This document shows positions 8,897-18,038 of a stretch of 64,000 bases of DNA, piece by piece; the stretch's first letter is position 1, and each line of letters begins with the position of its first letter. The stretch comes from Oceanispirochaeta sp. (GTDB taxonomy: Bacteria; Spirochaetota; Spirochaetia; DSM-2461). Where the stretch lies: the NCBI GenBank assembly GCA_963663385.2, contig CAXXXD010000002.1, forward strand, positions 800,001 through 864,000, in the 5' to 3' direction. A program made the translations under genes and the position numbers. The notes beneath the pieces were generated by a model, which saw only the letters and a program-made list of their open reading frames with translations, did no database searches and had not been told where the DNA came from.

Positions 8897-9913
8897 GTGG
8901 CGGGCAGAAAAGGGCGCCGTTCCAAATCCGGTAGTTCAGGCGGGTTTTTTGGAAGGTTTATCCAGTCAGGACGGCAGAAGATTACTATTATGCTCATTCC
9001 TCATTCCGAGAAAAGGGTTTTTAATTTTCAAATTTCCCTGTTTGCGCTCTCTTTTGTAAGCGTTCTCCTTGTTTCCCTTATTGTCACATTTATCTGGCTT
9101 ACAGCCGATTTTTCCGGAACAAATGATCTTCTTGCTTCCCGCTCCCAGGATCTGGAGCATAGTGAAGCCAGTCTTGAAATACTGCGGGATGAAGTAAGCG
9201 AACTTATTAATTCCACCGATAATTTTCAGAACACCCTGGTCCAGACTATGGGCGTGCTGGGTCTGGATTCGGCTGTTCGTGAAGGAATGGTATCCAGCGG
9301 GGGCGATCTGACATCTTTTTTCAATGTGGAACAATCCGAAAGCGGTTCCCTGAGCGAGACTATTGAGCTTCAGAAGCTGAAAACATCCCTGGATAATTCC
9401 ATTACATCCCTCAACGAAATAGGTCAGGTTCTGAACAGTCAGAAGGAACTGCTTTCCGATATACCATCTCTCTGGCCTCTCAAGGGGGTGCAGGGGCATG
9501 TTACTGCTGTATTCGGTCCATCCATTCATCCGTTTACCGGCCAATGGTATCTGCATAAGGGACTCGATATTGCCTACGGGTATGGCGTCCCCATCGTTTC
9601 TACAGCAAATGGAAAAATTATCGAAGTGGGAAATGATGAAAAGGGTTATGGAAATTATGTGGTTATCCGCCATAAATACGGTTTCTATACTAAATATGCC
9701 CATATGCAGAGGATGTATGTAAAACCCGGTCAGGAGCTCTCTCAGGGGGATGTTATCGGGACCATGGGTAATACTGGGCTTTCAACCGGTCCCCACCTTC
9801 ATTATGAAGTCCGTATCGGAGCCCAGGTCGTCGATCCTACCAAATATATTAATATGACCGACAAGAGTGATGTCTTTACCAGGGTTACCCGAAATCTTCA
9901 GAAATATAAATAA
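8897..9913 (+). CDS. M23 family peptidoglycan endopeptidase with N-terminal TM helix and coiled coil
   Basis: AAGGAG RBS, GTG start; HKGLD, YAH and GPHLHYEV zinc motifs. Confidence 0.92.
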   Translation: MAGRKGRRSKSGSSGGFFGRFIQSGRQKITIMLIPHSEKRVFNFQISLFALSFVSVLLVSLIVTFIWLTADFSGTNDLLASRSQDLEHSEASLEILRDEVSELINSTDNFQNTLVQTMGVLGLDSAVREGMVSSGGDLTSFFNVEQSESGSLSETIELQKLKTSLDNSITSLNEIGQVLNSQKELLSDIPSLWPLKGVQGHVTAVFGPSIHPFTGQWYLHKGLDIAYGYGVPIVSTANGKIIEVGNDEKGYGNYVVIRHKYGFYTKYAHMQRMYVKPGQELSQGDVIGTMGNTGLSTGPHLHYEVRIGAQVVDPTKYINMTDKSDVFTRVTRNLQKYK

Positions 9914-9931
9914 TCTCAAAAGGTACATCTC

Positions 9932-10351
9932 ATGAGCGACTATCTTAAAAGCCATTCTTTTATAAACTCAATAATCGGAGAAGGAACCAGGTTCAGCGGA
10001 GAGCTGGTCCTGGACGGTCTTCTCAGGATCGACGGAGACTTTTCCGGAAGTATTGAAACTACCGGTAAAGTTCTGGTTGGAAAAAGCGGACGGGCGGAAT
10101 GTAATATTATTGCCGGTACCGTTGTTGTAGGCGGAATTGTCCGGGGAAACATTTATTCATCAGGGAAAGTTGTCATCCTTTCAACCGGTATGGTTATCGG
10201 GAATATTCATGCTCCCCGTATGGTCGTTGAAGAGGGGGTCCTCCTGCATGGAAACTGCCGTATTGTCAACGAGAGCGATAATCAGGATAAAGTCAAGGTA
10301 CTAAGTCCTGCCGGATCCTATTCAGTTGAATGGGACAAGTCGAGGGAATAG
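9932..10351 (+). CDS. Bactofilin (polymer-forming cytoskeletal protein)
   Basis: SIIGEGTRFSG...LRIDG...V.GNI...VEEG..L.G beta-helix repeats; classic M23-bactofilin pairing. Confidence 0.9.
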   Translation: MSDYLKSHSFINSIIGEGTRFSGELVLDGLLRIDGDFSGSIETTGKVLVGKSGRAECNIIAGTVVVGGIVRGNIYSSGKVVILSTGMVIGNIHAPRMVVEEGVLLHGNCRIVNESDNQDKVKVLSPAGSYSVEWDKSRE

Positions 10352-10357
10352 GTATAT

Positions 10358-10858
10358 ATGGACAAGCTGGGGATCGTCGGGAGCGCTATGGTTCCCCATC
10401 CGGAAAAGCGGTCCGGTAAAAAAGTGGAAAAAGAGAAATCCCGCGGGGTTTCATTCAAGAGCCGACTGGTTAAGAGCAGTGATGAAGTTGAGTATGCTGC
10501 CAGTGGGATGGCAGCGGGTGGCTTAATCGGAACGGAAACAACAGAAGAACTGCTGGACGAAGTGTATCAGCTGGGAGAACTCCTGAAAAAGGACCCTTCT
10601 TTTTCCGCATTGAAAAAGTATAAGAATTCTGTAAAACGTTTTTATAAATATGTAGTGAGTCACAGCCTGGAAGCGGACCGTGTAAATGGTCGTCTCAATC
10701 CGAGAACCATGTCACGAAAACAGTACACACTTATTTCCATCGTTGATGAGAAGCTGGAGCGCCTCGGGGCTTGTGTATTAAAAAATCAGAAGGATCAGCT
10801 GGACATTTTAAAAAAGGTGGATGAGATCTATGGCATCCTGGTTGATCTGAGACGGTAG
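10358..10858 (+). CDS. YaaR/DUF327 family protein
   Basis: LLDEV...G..L...P....L..YK..VK.F...VV...IVDEKL..L...VDEI.GILVDL pattern. Confidence 0.85.
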   Translation: MDKLGIVGSAMVPHPEKRSGKKVEKEKSRGVSFKSRLVKSSDEVEYAASGMAAGGLIGTETTEELLDEVYQLGELLKKDPSFSALKKYKNSVKRFYKYVVSHSLEADRVNGRLNPRTMSRKQYTLISIVDEKLERLGACVLKNQKDQLDILKKVDEIYGILVDLRR

Positions 10859-10916
10859 GCAAGGGTTTCTGAAGGCGTTAGAGCGCCGCCAAATGCAAAT
10901 TAAGGAGCTGTTCAGT

Positions 10917-11819
10917 ATGAGTGCTGACAAACATAAAGACCACCAGAAGTCCGGTGGCGGTCCTCTGGATCCTTCCCAGTATCCGGGGGGGCTGTTCAGG
11001 GCAAAGATCCCTCATTCCAGTGAAACCGAAATTATAACGCCTCCCGAGGGAGAAGCTTATCAGACCGGAGACCAGGTTATCATTAAAACCCGCTACGGTA
11101 ACGATATGGTAACTGTTCTGGGACAATTCAGTGATTATTCCCATATCCGGAAAGGGGATATAAGGGCTGTCGTGCGTCGTGTGAGCGAAGATGACCTGAA
11201 AAAGGCTGAGTCTCTCAGAACCAAGGAGGATGATGCCTACCGTATCTGCCGGGAAAAAATCGATAAACATAAACTGGAAATGGCTCTTGTATCAGCTCAC
11301 TACCTTCTGGATGAACCAAAGGTTATGTTCTTCTTTACAGCGGAGAACAGGATCGATTTCAGAGAGCTGGTAAAGGATCTGGTTTCTATTTTCAAGATGC
11401 GCATAGAGCTCCGTCAGATTGGGGTTCGGGATGAATCCCGGGTTCTGGGAGGGCTGGGGGTCTGCGGCCGGGACTACTGCTGTCATGGGCTGACGGATCA
11501 TCTGAGTCCTGTTTCCATCAAAATGGCGAAAGAACAGAATCTGTCTCTGAATTCCATGAAGATCTCCGGCCCCTGCGGACGGCTTCTGTGCTGCCTTTCC
11601 TATGAATACGACTATTATCAGGAAGAGAAGAAAAAGCTCCCTTCAGAGGGAAGCCGTATACACTGGGATGGCACTACTTTTAAGGTTGTAGAGGTAAATA
11701 TCTTTTCAAAGAAAATTAAATTAACCGGAAATGACGGCCGTTTTCTGGATCTTTCCACTGCTGAAGTGGAATATGATAAGGAATCCAAAGGGTGGACGTT
11801 AAATCCTGTAGAAATTTAG
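10917..11819 (+). CDS. ricT: PSP1-domain protein (RicT/YaaT)
   Basis: AAGGAG RBS; FFFTAENRIDFRELVKDL...RIELRQIGVRDE, GVCGR..CC, KISGPCGRLLCCL. Confidence 0.9.
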   Translation: MSADKHKDHQKSGGGPLDPSQYPGGLFRAKIPHSSETEIITPPEGEAYQTGDQVIIKTRYGNDMVTVLGQFSDYSHIRKGDIRAVVRRVSEDDLKKAESLRTKEDDAYRICREKIDKHKLEMALVSAHYLLDEPKVMFFFTAENRIDFRELVKDLVSIFKMRIELRQIGVRDESRVLGGLGVCGRDYCCHGLTDHLSPVSIKMAKEQNLSLNSMKISGPCGRLLCCLSYEYDYYQEEKKKLPSEGSRIHWDGTTFKVVEVNIFSKKIKLTGNDGRFLDLSTAEVEYDKESKGWTLNPVEI

Positions 11820-11829
11820 ACTTGTCTTG

Positions 11830-11859
11830 TTGACAGTCTTTACGTATCTTTGTTAATAT
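11830..11859 (+). promoter_or_regulatory. Sigma70 promoter for small Zn-ribbon gene
   Basis: TTGACA-18 bp-TAATAT with an extended TG. Confidence 0.65.
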
Positions 11860-11888
11860 CCATCTGCTAATGAAATAAGGAGTCGAAT

Positions 11889-12062
11889 ATGGCAGGAGTT
11901 AGTAAGAACGCCCGTATCGGTTCAGGAACACATAAGTTTTTCTGTAATGACTGCGGTGGTGAAGTGAAGATGCGGTCAATTTTTTCCAACGGTCGGATGA
12001 AACATCTCTGCGAATGCGAGAAGTGTAAACGTCAGGAAAGAAGACCCAGCGATTTCAAATAA
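11889..12062 (+). CDS. Small basic 57-aa CxxC...CxxC zinc-ribbon protein (absent from ORF track)
   Basis: TAAGGAG RBS; MAGVSKNARIGSGTHKFFCNDCGGEVKMRSIFSNGRMKHLCECEKCKRQERRPSDFK*; has its own promoter. Confidence 0.85.
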   Translation: MAGVSKNARIGSGTHKFFCNDCGGEVKMRSIFSNGRMKHLCECEKCKRQERRPSDFK

Positions 12063-12111
12063 ACTGAATTCGCTTTTATTGTAGATTCCTTTCGAAGAAT
12101 CAAGTTAAGTC

Positions 12112-12141
12112 TTGACACTACGGAAGGTTATCTGTTATTTT
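12112..12141 (+). promoter_or_regulatory. Sigma70 promoter for rpsT
   Basis: TTGACA-18 bp-TATTTT with an extended TG. Confidence 0.55.
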
Positions 12142-12181
12142 CAACAAACTGAATTTTGATAATTATGGGGAGGTAAAGACA

Positions 12182-12445
12182 GTGCCTAATTCTAATGATG
12201 CTGCAAAAAGACATCGTCAGAGTCTTAAAGCAAGAGCGCATAATCGTTCTATTAAAAGTACTGTCCGAACCAGTATTAAATCTTTTGAAGCGGCTGTAAA
12301 AAACCATGACAAGGCCGAGGCCGAAGCAACATTTGCTCGGTTCGTAAAACTGATTGATACTGCTGCGGGCAAGGGATTGTATCACAAAAACACGGCAGCC
12401 AGAAAGAAGTCCAGGCTTCATAAGGCTTTAGCCAAACTGGCATAA
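12182..12445 (+). CDS. rpsT: 30S ribosomal protein S20
   Basis: GGAGG RBS, GTG start; [10 protein letters not shown]...KS..RT..K...[14 protein letters not shown]. Confidence 0.97.
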   Translation: MPNSNDAAKRHRQSLKARAHNRSIKSTVRTSIKSFEAAVKNHDKAEAEATFARFVKLIDTAAGKGLYHKNTAARKKSRLHKALAKLA

Positions 12446-12481
12446 TAAAGAAAATCAAATCTATATCTATAGAGAAGAGAT

Positions 12482-12784
12482 ATGACAGAGAATAAGCTAA
12501 CTAAGGCTGAAATCATTGAACACATCTATGATGAGTCTGGTATCAGCCGGAAAGATATTCACAATGTGATCGATTCTTTCTTTGGAGAAGTAAAAGACGC
12601 TCTGGAAGATGACAGAGTAGTAGAGCTTAGAGGTTTCGGAACTTTTGAGATCCGGACAAGAAAAGGCCGGGAAAAAGCCCGGAATCCTAAAACCGGAGAA
12701 ATTGTACCAGTGGAAAGCCATGGTGTAACAGTTTTCAGACCGGGTAAGGAATTGAAAAAACTGGCATGGCCTTTGCGGAAGTAA
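12482..12784 (+). CDS. HU/IHF family DNA-binding protein (Hbb-like)
   Basis: LTKAEII...VELRGFGTFE...ARNPKTGE...VFRPGKELK. Confidence 0.95.
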   Translation: MTENKLTKAEIIEHIYDESGISRKDIHNVIDSFFGEVKDALEDDRVVELRGFGTFEIRTRKGREKARNPKTGEIVPVESHGVTVFRPGKELKKLAWPLRK

Positions 12785-14433
12785 CCGGAAGGACCATAGC
12801 TTTCAAGAAGCGGAAAGATGCTGCGATTATTGCAAATTTTGTATTGACCGTACTTTCCGCGGTTGTTTTTTCTCTGGCTTTTCCAGGATTGCTAAGTGAA
12901 AAGGGAATGCCTTTAATGGCATTCCTTTTTTTTATCCCTCTTGTACAGGTTCTGAATCGATGTTCATGGCCCGGGCTGTTTATCTATGCCTGGATACATG
13001 CCTTTGTCAGCTATGCCCTATTTAATTTCTGGCTGGCGGATTTTCATCCTCTTACCATAATTATTGTTCCCCTTATCTATGTAGGGTACTACACCCTGCT
13101 GTTTCCTCTGCTGAAAGCAGCAGCTCTGCTATGGCCCCGTTCAGGTTTCCTGTTGCAGGCTTTAATCTGGACATCTTATGAATTCCTTAAATCCAAAGGA
13201 TTCCTCGGTTACTCATATGGAACAATCGGTTCCGCCTTTTATGAATGGCCGCTTCTTGTGCGCAGCTCTTCCCTGACCGGGATTTGGGGGCTCTCTCTGC
13301 TGGCCGTTCTGTGCGGTGCATGGATTGGAAATGCTTTTAATTTTTCAAAAGTATGCAGGAGTCTTAAGATCTGGTGTTTCTACCAGAAGGCCGGTATCGG
13401 AATTGTTCTGTATGCTCTTATCCTTGTTCTGTACGGTGCATTTTCAATCGTTGATTATTCAGAAGCTCCCCGCTATGATATTGCTCTGACACAACATAAT
13501 GCCGATTCCTGGAAAGGCGGATACAAGGCTTTCCGGGATAACTATATTTCCCTGCGGGACCTTAGTCTGGAAGTACAGGAAAAACACAACCCCGATTTGA
13601 TTGTATGGCCGGAAACCGCCTTTGTCCCGACTATCTTCTATCATAAAACCTACAGGCAGAATGCCTCCTCTCTCTCTCTCGTTGAGGATCTGGAGAGGTT
13701 TCTGTCCACTCAGGCTGTTTCCTACCTGCTGGGTAACGACGATGCCAGAAAGGAACCGGCTCCAGACAGCGGAGAGCTGGTGAGGGTTGATTACAATGCC
13801 GCCCTGTTTTATAAAGGCGGAGAGTGGAAAGATCAGTATAGAAAAAAGCATCTTGTTCCTTTTACAGAACACTTCCCCTATAAAGAAAGATTCCCTCTGA
13901 TTTATCAGATGCTGCTGGATGCGGATACCCACTTCTGGAAACAGGGAGACAGTTTTAATCTTATTGATACGGGACAGTACAGAATCGGGACTCCTATCTG
14001 TTTTGAAGATACATTTGGATATATAAGCCGTGAGTTTGTAAGGAAAGGGGCGGATATTATTGTCAATCTGTCAAACGATGCCTGGTCCGGTTCGGTTGTT
14101 GCAGAAAAGCAGCATTTTATGCTGAGCGTATTCCGGGCTGCGGAAAACAGACGGTCTATGGTGCGAAGCACGAATACCGGTATAACCGCATGGGTCGACC
14201 CCAATGGGGTCATTCAGGATGAGCTGCCTCCCTTTGTCTCAGCAGTAATGGTTGCCTCTGTTCCTGTGTACAACGATACCGTTACGCTGTATACCCTGTG
14301 GGGGGACTGGTTTGCCTGGGTCTGTCTTGCAGGTGCTTTTGCCGGTTTATCAGCCGGATTGGTCCTAAGATTGACAATAAGGTTAAGAAGTAGGAAAATA
14401 GAAGTGCAGGTATGCAACAGGGGGCCGGAATGA
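12766..14433 (+). CDS. lnt: Apolipoprotein N-acyltransferase
   Basis: Multiple TM helices; nitrilase triad WPETA, YRKKHLVPFTE, ICFED; SNDAW, RAAEN..SMVRSTNTG. Confidence 0.95.
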   Translation: MAFAEVTGRTIAFKKRKDAAIIANFVLTVLSAVVFSLAFPGLLSEKGMPLMAFLFFIPLVQVLNRCSWPGLFIYAWIHAFVSYALFNFWLADFHPLTIIIVPLIYVGYYTLLFPLLKAAALLWPRSGFLLQALIWTSYEFLKSKGFLGYSYGTIGSAFYEWPLLVRSSSLTGIWGLSLLAVLCGAWIGNAFNFSKVCRSLKIWCFYQKAGIGIVLYALILVLYGAFSIVDYSEAPRYDIALTQHNADSWKGGYKAFRDNYISLRDLSLEVQEKHNPDLIVWPETAFVPTIFYHKTYRQNASSLSLVEDLERFLSTQAVSYLLGNDDARKEPAPDSGELVRVDYNAALFYKGGEWKDQYRKKHLVPFTEHFPYKERFPLIYQMLLDADTHFWKQGDSFNLIDTGQYRIGTPICFEDTFGYISREFVRKGADIIVNLSNDAWSGSVVAEKQHFMLSVFRAAENRRSMVRSTNTGITAWVDPNGVIQDELPPFVSAVMVASVPVYNDTVTLYTLWGDWFAWVCLAGAFAGLSAGLVLRLTIRLRSRKIEVQVCNRGPE

Positions 14434-14651
14434 TCTCTGAAGAAAAACGAAAAGTTCTTGAATTGTTTGCAGAGGGAAGAGAACTCTACAAAAAGAGAAG
14501 TTTTTCCGATGCCATGAAGAAGTTTGCAGAAGCTCTGAAGATGGATCAGGATGATGGACCTTCGAAAGTATACTATGCCAGATGCCGTATGTATCTGGAA
14601 AATCCGCCTCCTCCCGAGTGGGACGGCGTATTTACAATGAAAACAAAATAA
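14430..14651 (+). CDS. Small stand-alone TPR protein
   Basis: F..GRELY....F..A...F..AL...DDGPSKVY..RC......PPP.WDGV; ATGA overlap with lnt. Confidence 0.8.
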   Translation: MISEEKRKVLELFAEGRELYKKRSFSDAMKKFAEALKMDQDDGPSKVYYARCRMYLENPPPPEWDGVFTMKTK

Positions 14652-14669
14652 ATAGAAAACAGGAAAATC

Positions 14670-15074
14670 ATGACATTACCTAAGGATATAGAATCAATTT
14701 CGACCATATTGGGCAGTGAGACTGTCTTTAAAGGGACGATGAAGTTCAGTAAACCTCTTAAAATTGATGGAAAATACGAGGGGCATATAGAATCTTCGGG
14801 CTTTCTCTATATTGAGGAAGGAGCTGAAGTGCGGGCTGATATTAAAGTCGGTTCCATTGTGGTAGGCGGAATAGTATACGGGGATATTGAAGCGTCGGAA
14901 AAACTCGAAATGCTGGCAACCGGGCAGGTTGTCGGAAATATCCGTACTTCCAGACTGAAAATAGCCGACGGAGTCCGTTTTGAAGGCAAATGCGATATGA
15001 TCAGCGACCATGAAAGCGTCGATGTTTTTTCAGCGCCGGTCGCTCAGTTGAAACAGGATTATAATGAGCTCTGA
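14670..15074 (+). CDS. Bactofilin (second copy)
   Basis: STILG..T.FKG...LKIDG...V.GDI...V.GNI..LKI..G..FEG repeats. Confidence 0.9.
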   Translation: MTLPKDIESISTILGSETVFKGTMKFSKPLKIDGKYEGHIESSGFLYIEEGAEVRADIKVGSIVVGGIVYGDIEASEKLEMLATGQVVGNIRTSRLKIADGVRFEGKCDMISDHESVDVFSAPVAQLKQDYNEL

Positions 15075-15564
15075 CAGGGCTCTCTCTCTTTTGGATACCT
15101 GCAGAAAAAAAGGACTTCGCATAGTGACTGCCGAATCCTGTACAGGCGGACTGATCGGCGGTGCGCTGACTGAAGTTCCCGGCAGTTCGGATGTTTTCTG
15201 GGGCGGGTTTCTGACCTATGCCAATGAGGCAAAGGTGGATATTCTGGGAGTGGATAGGGAGATCCTGCAGGACAAGGGAGCGGTTTCTGAAGAAGTTGTA
15301 ACCCAGATGCTCAGGGGCGCTCTTGAGAAAAGCGGTGCAGATCTTGCGTTGGCAGTCTCCGGAGTTGCCGGGCCCGGCGGAGGAACCAGGGATAAACCTG
15401 TCGGTACCGTATGGATCGGAGCTGCAACAGCGGGTGGGCGACTATGTACCCGCAAGTACCTTTTTAAGGGAAATCGCCAGAAAATACGCCTGGAAACAGT
15501 AACAAAATCTCTTGAGATGGCAGAAAAGATCATTTTAAATGATTCCTGTCTTGACAGCGAATAG
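15064..15564 (+). CDS. pncC: CinA C-terminal / NMN deamidase (PncC)
   Basis: TAESCTGG, GSS.VF.GG..TY.N.AK, GAVSEE, SGVAGPGGG..KPVGTV. Confidence 0.9.
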   Translation: MSSDRALSLLDTCRKKGLRIVTAESCTGGLIGGALTEVPGSSDVFWGGFLTYANEAKVDILGVDREILQDKGAVSEEVVTQMLRGALEKSGADLALAVSGVAGPGGGTRDKPVGTVWIGAATAGGRLCTRKYLFKGNRQKIRLETVTKSLEMAEKIILNDSCLDSE

Positions 15565-15579
15565 TCTGCATCATATATT
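15551..15579 (+). promoter_or_regulatory. Sigma70 promoter for rho
   Basis: TTGACA-17 bp-TATATT. Confidence 0.75.
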
Positions 15580-15698
15580 TTAGCAGTAGATATCCCTGCG
15601 TAAATCAAGTCTGAATCTTCACTTATAATTCAAGATATAAAAGAGTTATGAAGAATTAGCATATAAATACTATTAATAATTATTGTTTTGGAGAAATT

Positions 15699-17564
15699 AT
15701 GGCGATTATCCGGAAAAATCTGGTTGATCTCCAGGACGACCAAACTGGCGCTTCTGATAATGAAGCACAGAAGGAGCTTGGCCTGGACACCGTAGCGCAG
15801 CCTTCCAGTGAAGACTCGCCTGAAAGCGAACCCCGCACTGTAAAAGTTAAAAAAGCGACTGTAAAGAAAAGAGTAAGTGCAAAGAAAGTGGAAACGAAAG
15901 AAACTGAACCCAGAGAGCCCGAAGGGGATACAGCCGCCGAGGATTCCTATTCAGCTGAAGCTGAAACTGATGTGGAAGAAGCTAAAGTTGTAGTTCCCAG
16001 AAAACGGCTCAGAAAGAAAAAAGTCGTTGCAGAAGCCCCGGCAGAAGAGAGTGCAGTAGTAAAAGAGGCTGAAACAACCGCACCTTCTGACTCAGGATCT
16101 GAGGCTGACGAGGAAACCCCGGCAGCAGATGAAGCCGAAAATGCGGTTTTCGCCGAAACCGCACCTTTTGATGCATCCGTATCGAATAACAGTAACAATA
16201 GCCGGCGTTCAGGCGGTTCGTATAATAGACGGAAAAACGGGAAGTCAAGGCGGGATCAGAACAAAAATCAGAGACAATCCGCTCTCCCGACGGATGATCA
16301 GCCGCGTATTACGATAAATGATCTTTCTGTAATGACTATGCCCTCCCTCAGACAGTATGCGGAAGATATGGACCTGGGAAGGGATGATCTGATCACCCTG
16401 AAGAAGCAGGAAGTAATCTTTGCCATCCTCAAAGCCCATATCGAAAACAACGGAGTTATTTTTGCCTATGGCGCGCTGGAAATCCTTCCTGACGGGTATG
16501 GATTTCTCCGTTCTCCCCAGAATTCCTATCTTCCCGGAGGAGACGATATTTATATATCCCCTTCTCAGATAAGGCTGTTTAATCTGAAAACAGGAGATAC
16601 CGTATACGGCCAGATCCGCTCTCCGAAAGAGGGAGAACGTTTTTTTGCCATGCTTCGCGTGGTCAGCGTCAACTTTGACGAAACCAGTGTAGCCCAGACG
16701 CGTATATCCTTTGAAAATCTGACGCCCCTGTATCCCAAGCAGAGACTGAATATGGAAACGAAGATTCCCGATCCTTCCACAAGGATGATTAATCTGTTCT
16801 GTCCCATCGGTATGGGGCAGAGGGGGCTTATCGTATCTCCTCCCCGGTCCGGTAAAACAGTTATTCTGCAGAAAATAGCCAATGCTATTACAGAAAACCA
16901 TCCCAGCGCCCAGTTGATTGTTCTGCTTATTGATGAACGTCCGGAAGAAGTTACGGATATGCGGCGCAGTGTTCAGGGGGAAGTTATCGCCTCCACTTTT
17001 GATGAACAGGCCAGCCGTCATGTTCAGGTAGCGGAAATGGTCCTGGAAAAAGCCAGACGGCTTGTGGAGCATAAAAAAGATGTTATCATCCTCCTGGACT
17101 CTATTACAAGACTGGCACGCGCCTACAACCAGACAGTACCTACTTCCGGTAAAATCCTTTCGGGTGGTGTGGATTCCAATGCTCTCCACAGACCGAAAAG
17201 GTTTTTCGGAGCCGCCCGTAATATTGAAGACGGCGGAAGCCTGACAATTGTTGCCACAGCTCTGGTGGAAACCGGAAGCCGTATGGATGAGGTCATTTTT
17301 GAAGAGTTCAAGGGAACCGGTAATATGGAACTGGTTCTGGATCGCCGTCTGGCGGATAAGAGGGTTTTCCCTGCTATCAATATCAAGAAGTCAGGAACCC
17401 GTAAGGAGGATCTGCTTTTAACCAGTGAAGAGCTGAACAAAATGTGGATACTCAGAAAGGTGCTTAGTCCCATGGATGATATGGAAGTGACCGAAATGAT
17501 TGTTGACAAAATGCGTAAAACCAAGAATAATGAGGCGTTCCTGAAGTCGATGAATACGACATAG
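15699..17564 (+). CDS. rho: Transcription termination factor Rho with ~200-aa N-terminal extension
   Basis: [54 protein letters not shown]. Confidence 0.98.
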   Translation: MAIIRKNLVDLQDDQTGASDNEAQKELGLDTVAQPSSEDSPESEPRTVKVKKATVKKRVSAKKVETKETEPREPEGDTAAEDSYSAEAETDVEEAKVVVPRKRLRKKKVVAEAPAEESAVVKEAETTAPSDSGSEADEETPAADEAENAVFAETAPFDASVSNNSNNSRRSGGSYNRRKNGKSRRDQNKNQRQSALPTDDQPRITINDLSVMTMPSLRQYAEDMDLGRDDLITLKKQEVIFAILKAHIENNGVIFAYGALEILPDGYGFLRSPQNSYLPGGDDIYISPSQIRLFNLKTGDTVYGQIRSPKEGERFFAMLRVVSVNFDETSVAQTRISFENLTPLYPKQRLNMETKIPDPSTRMINLFCPIGMGQRGLIVSPPRSGKTVILQKIANAITENHPSAQLIVLLIDERPEEVTDMRRSVQGEVIASTFDEQASRHVQVAEMVLEKARRLVEHKKDVIILLDSITRLARAYNQTVPTSGKILSGGVDSNALHRPKRFFGAARNIEDGGSLTIVATALVETGSRMDEVIFEEFKGTGNMELVLDRRLADKRVFPAINIKKSGTRKEDLLLTSEELNKMWILRKVLSPMDDMEVTEMIVDKMRKTKNNEAFLKSMNTT

Positions 17565-17621
17565 GTCAAATTATGCGAATAACGGGATCTTTGAAACGGA
17601 GATCTCCTGGAGGATAAATAT

Positions 17622-17831
17622 ATGAAAGAAGGAATTCATCCCAAATATGAGGATGCTACTGTAAAATGTGCATGCGGGAACGTAATTCAGACTCGTTCTA
17701 CACACGGTGATATGGACGTTGAAATCTGCAGCGCCTGTCATCCTTTTTACACAGGTAAACAGAAACTGGTTGATACGGCCGGTCGTGTTGAAAGATTCAA
17801 CAGAAAATACGGTATCAAATCCAAGGACTGA
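17622..17831 (+). CDS. rpmE: 50S ribosomal protein L31 (Zn-binding type)
   Basis: [13 protein letters not shown]...[24 protein letters not shown]. Confidence 0.98.
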   Translation: MKEGIHPKYEDATVKCACGNVIQTRSTHGDMDVEICSACHPFYTGKQKLVDTAGRVERFNRKYGIKSKD

Positions 17832-17859
17832 TTCTAGTCCGGTTAGTGCAGATTATGCA

Positions 17860-17888
17860 GGCTGTCGCGATTTTGCGGCAGCTTTTTT
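17860..17888 (+). terminator. Rho-independent terminator
   Basis: GCTGTCGC-GATTTT-GCGGCAGC followed by T6. Confidence 0.85.
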
Positions 17889-18038
17889 CATTTATAAGCG
17901 ATAATTAATCAGCTATTCAGTCCCTCTTTAGGCAGTTTCATCAGTCTAAATTCTTCCGCAGGTATTTTTTATTGAAATATTATTTAACATGACTTACTAT
18001 GAAAGTGTGTTTGACACCAGTGTTACAGGACTAGGGTA

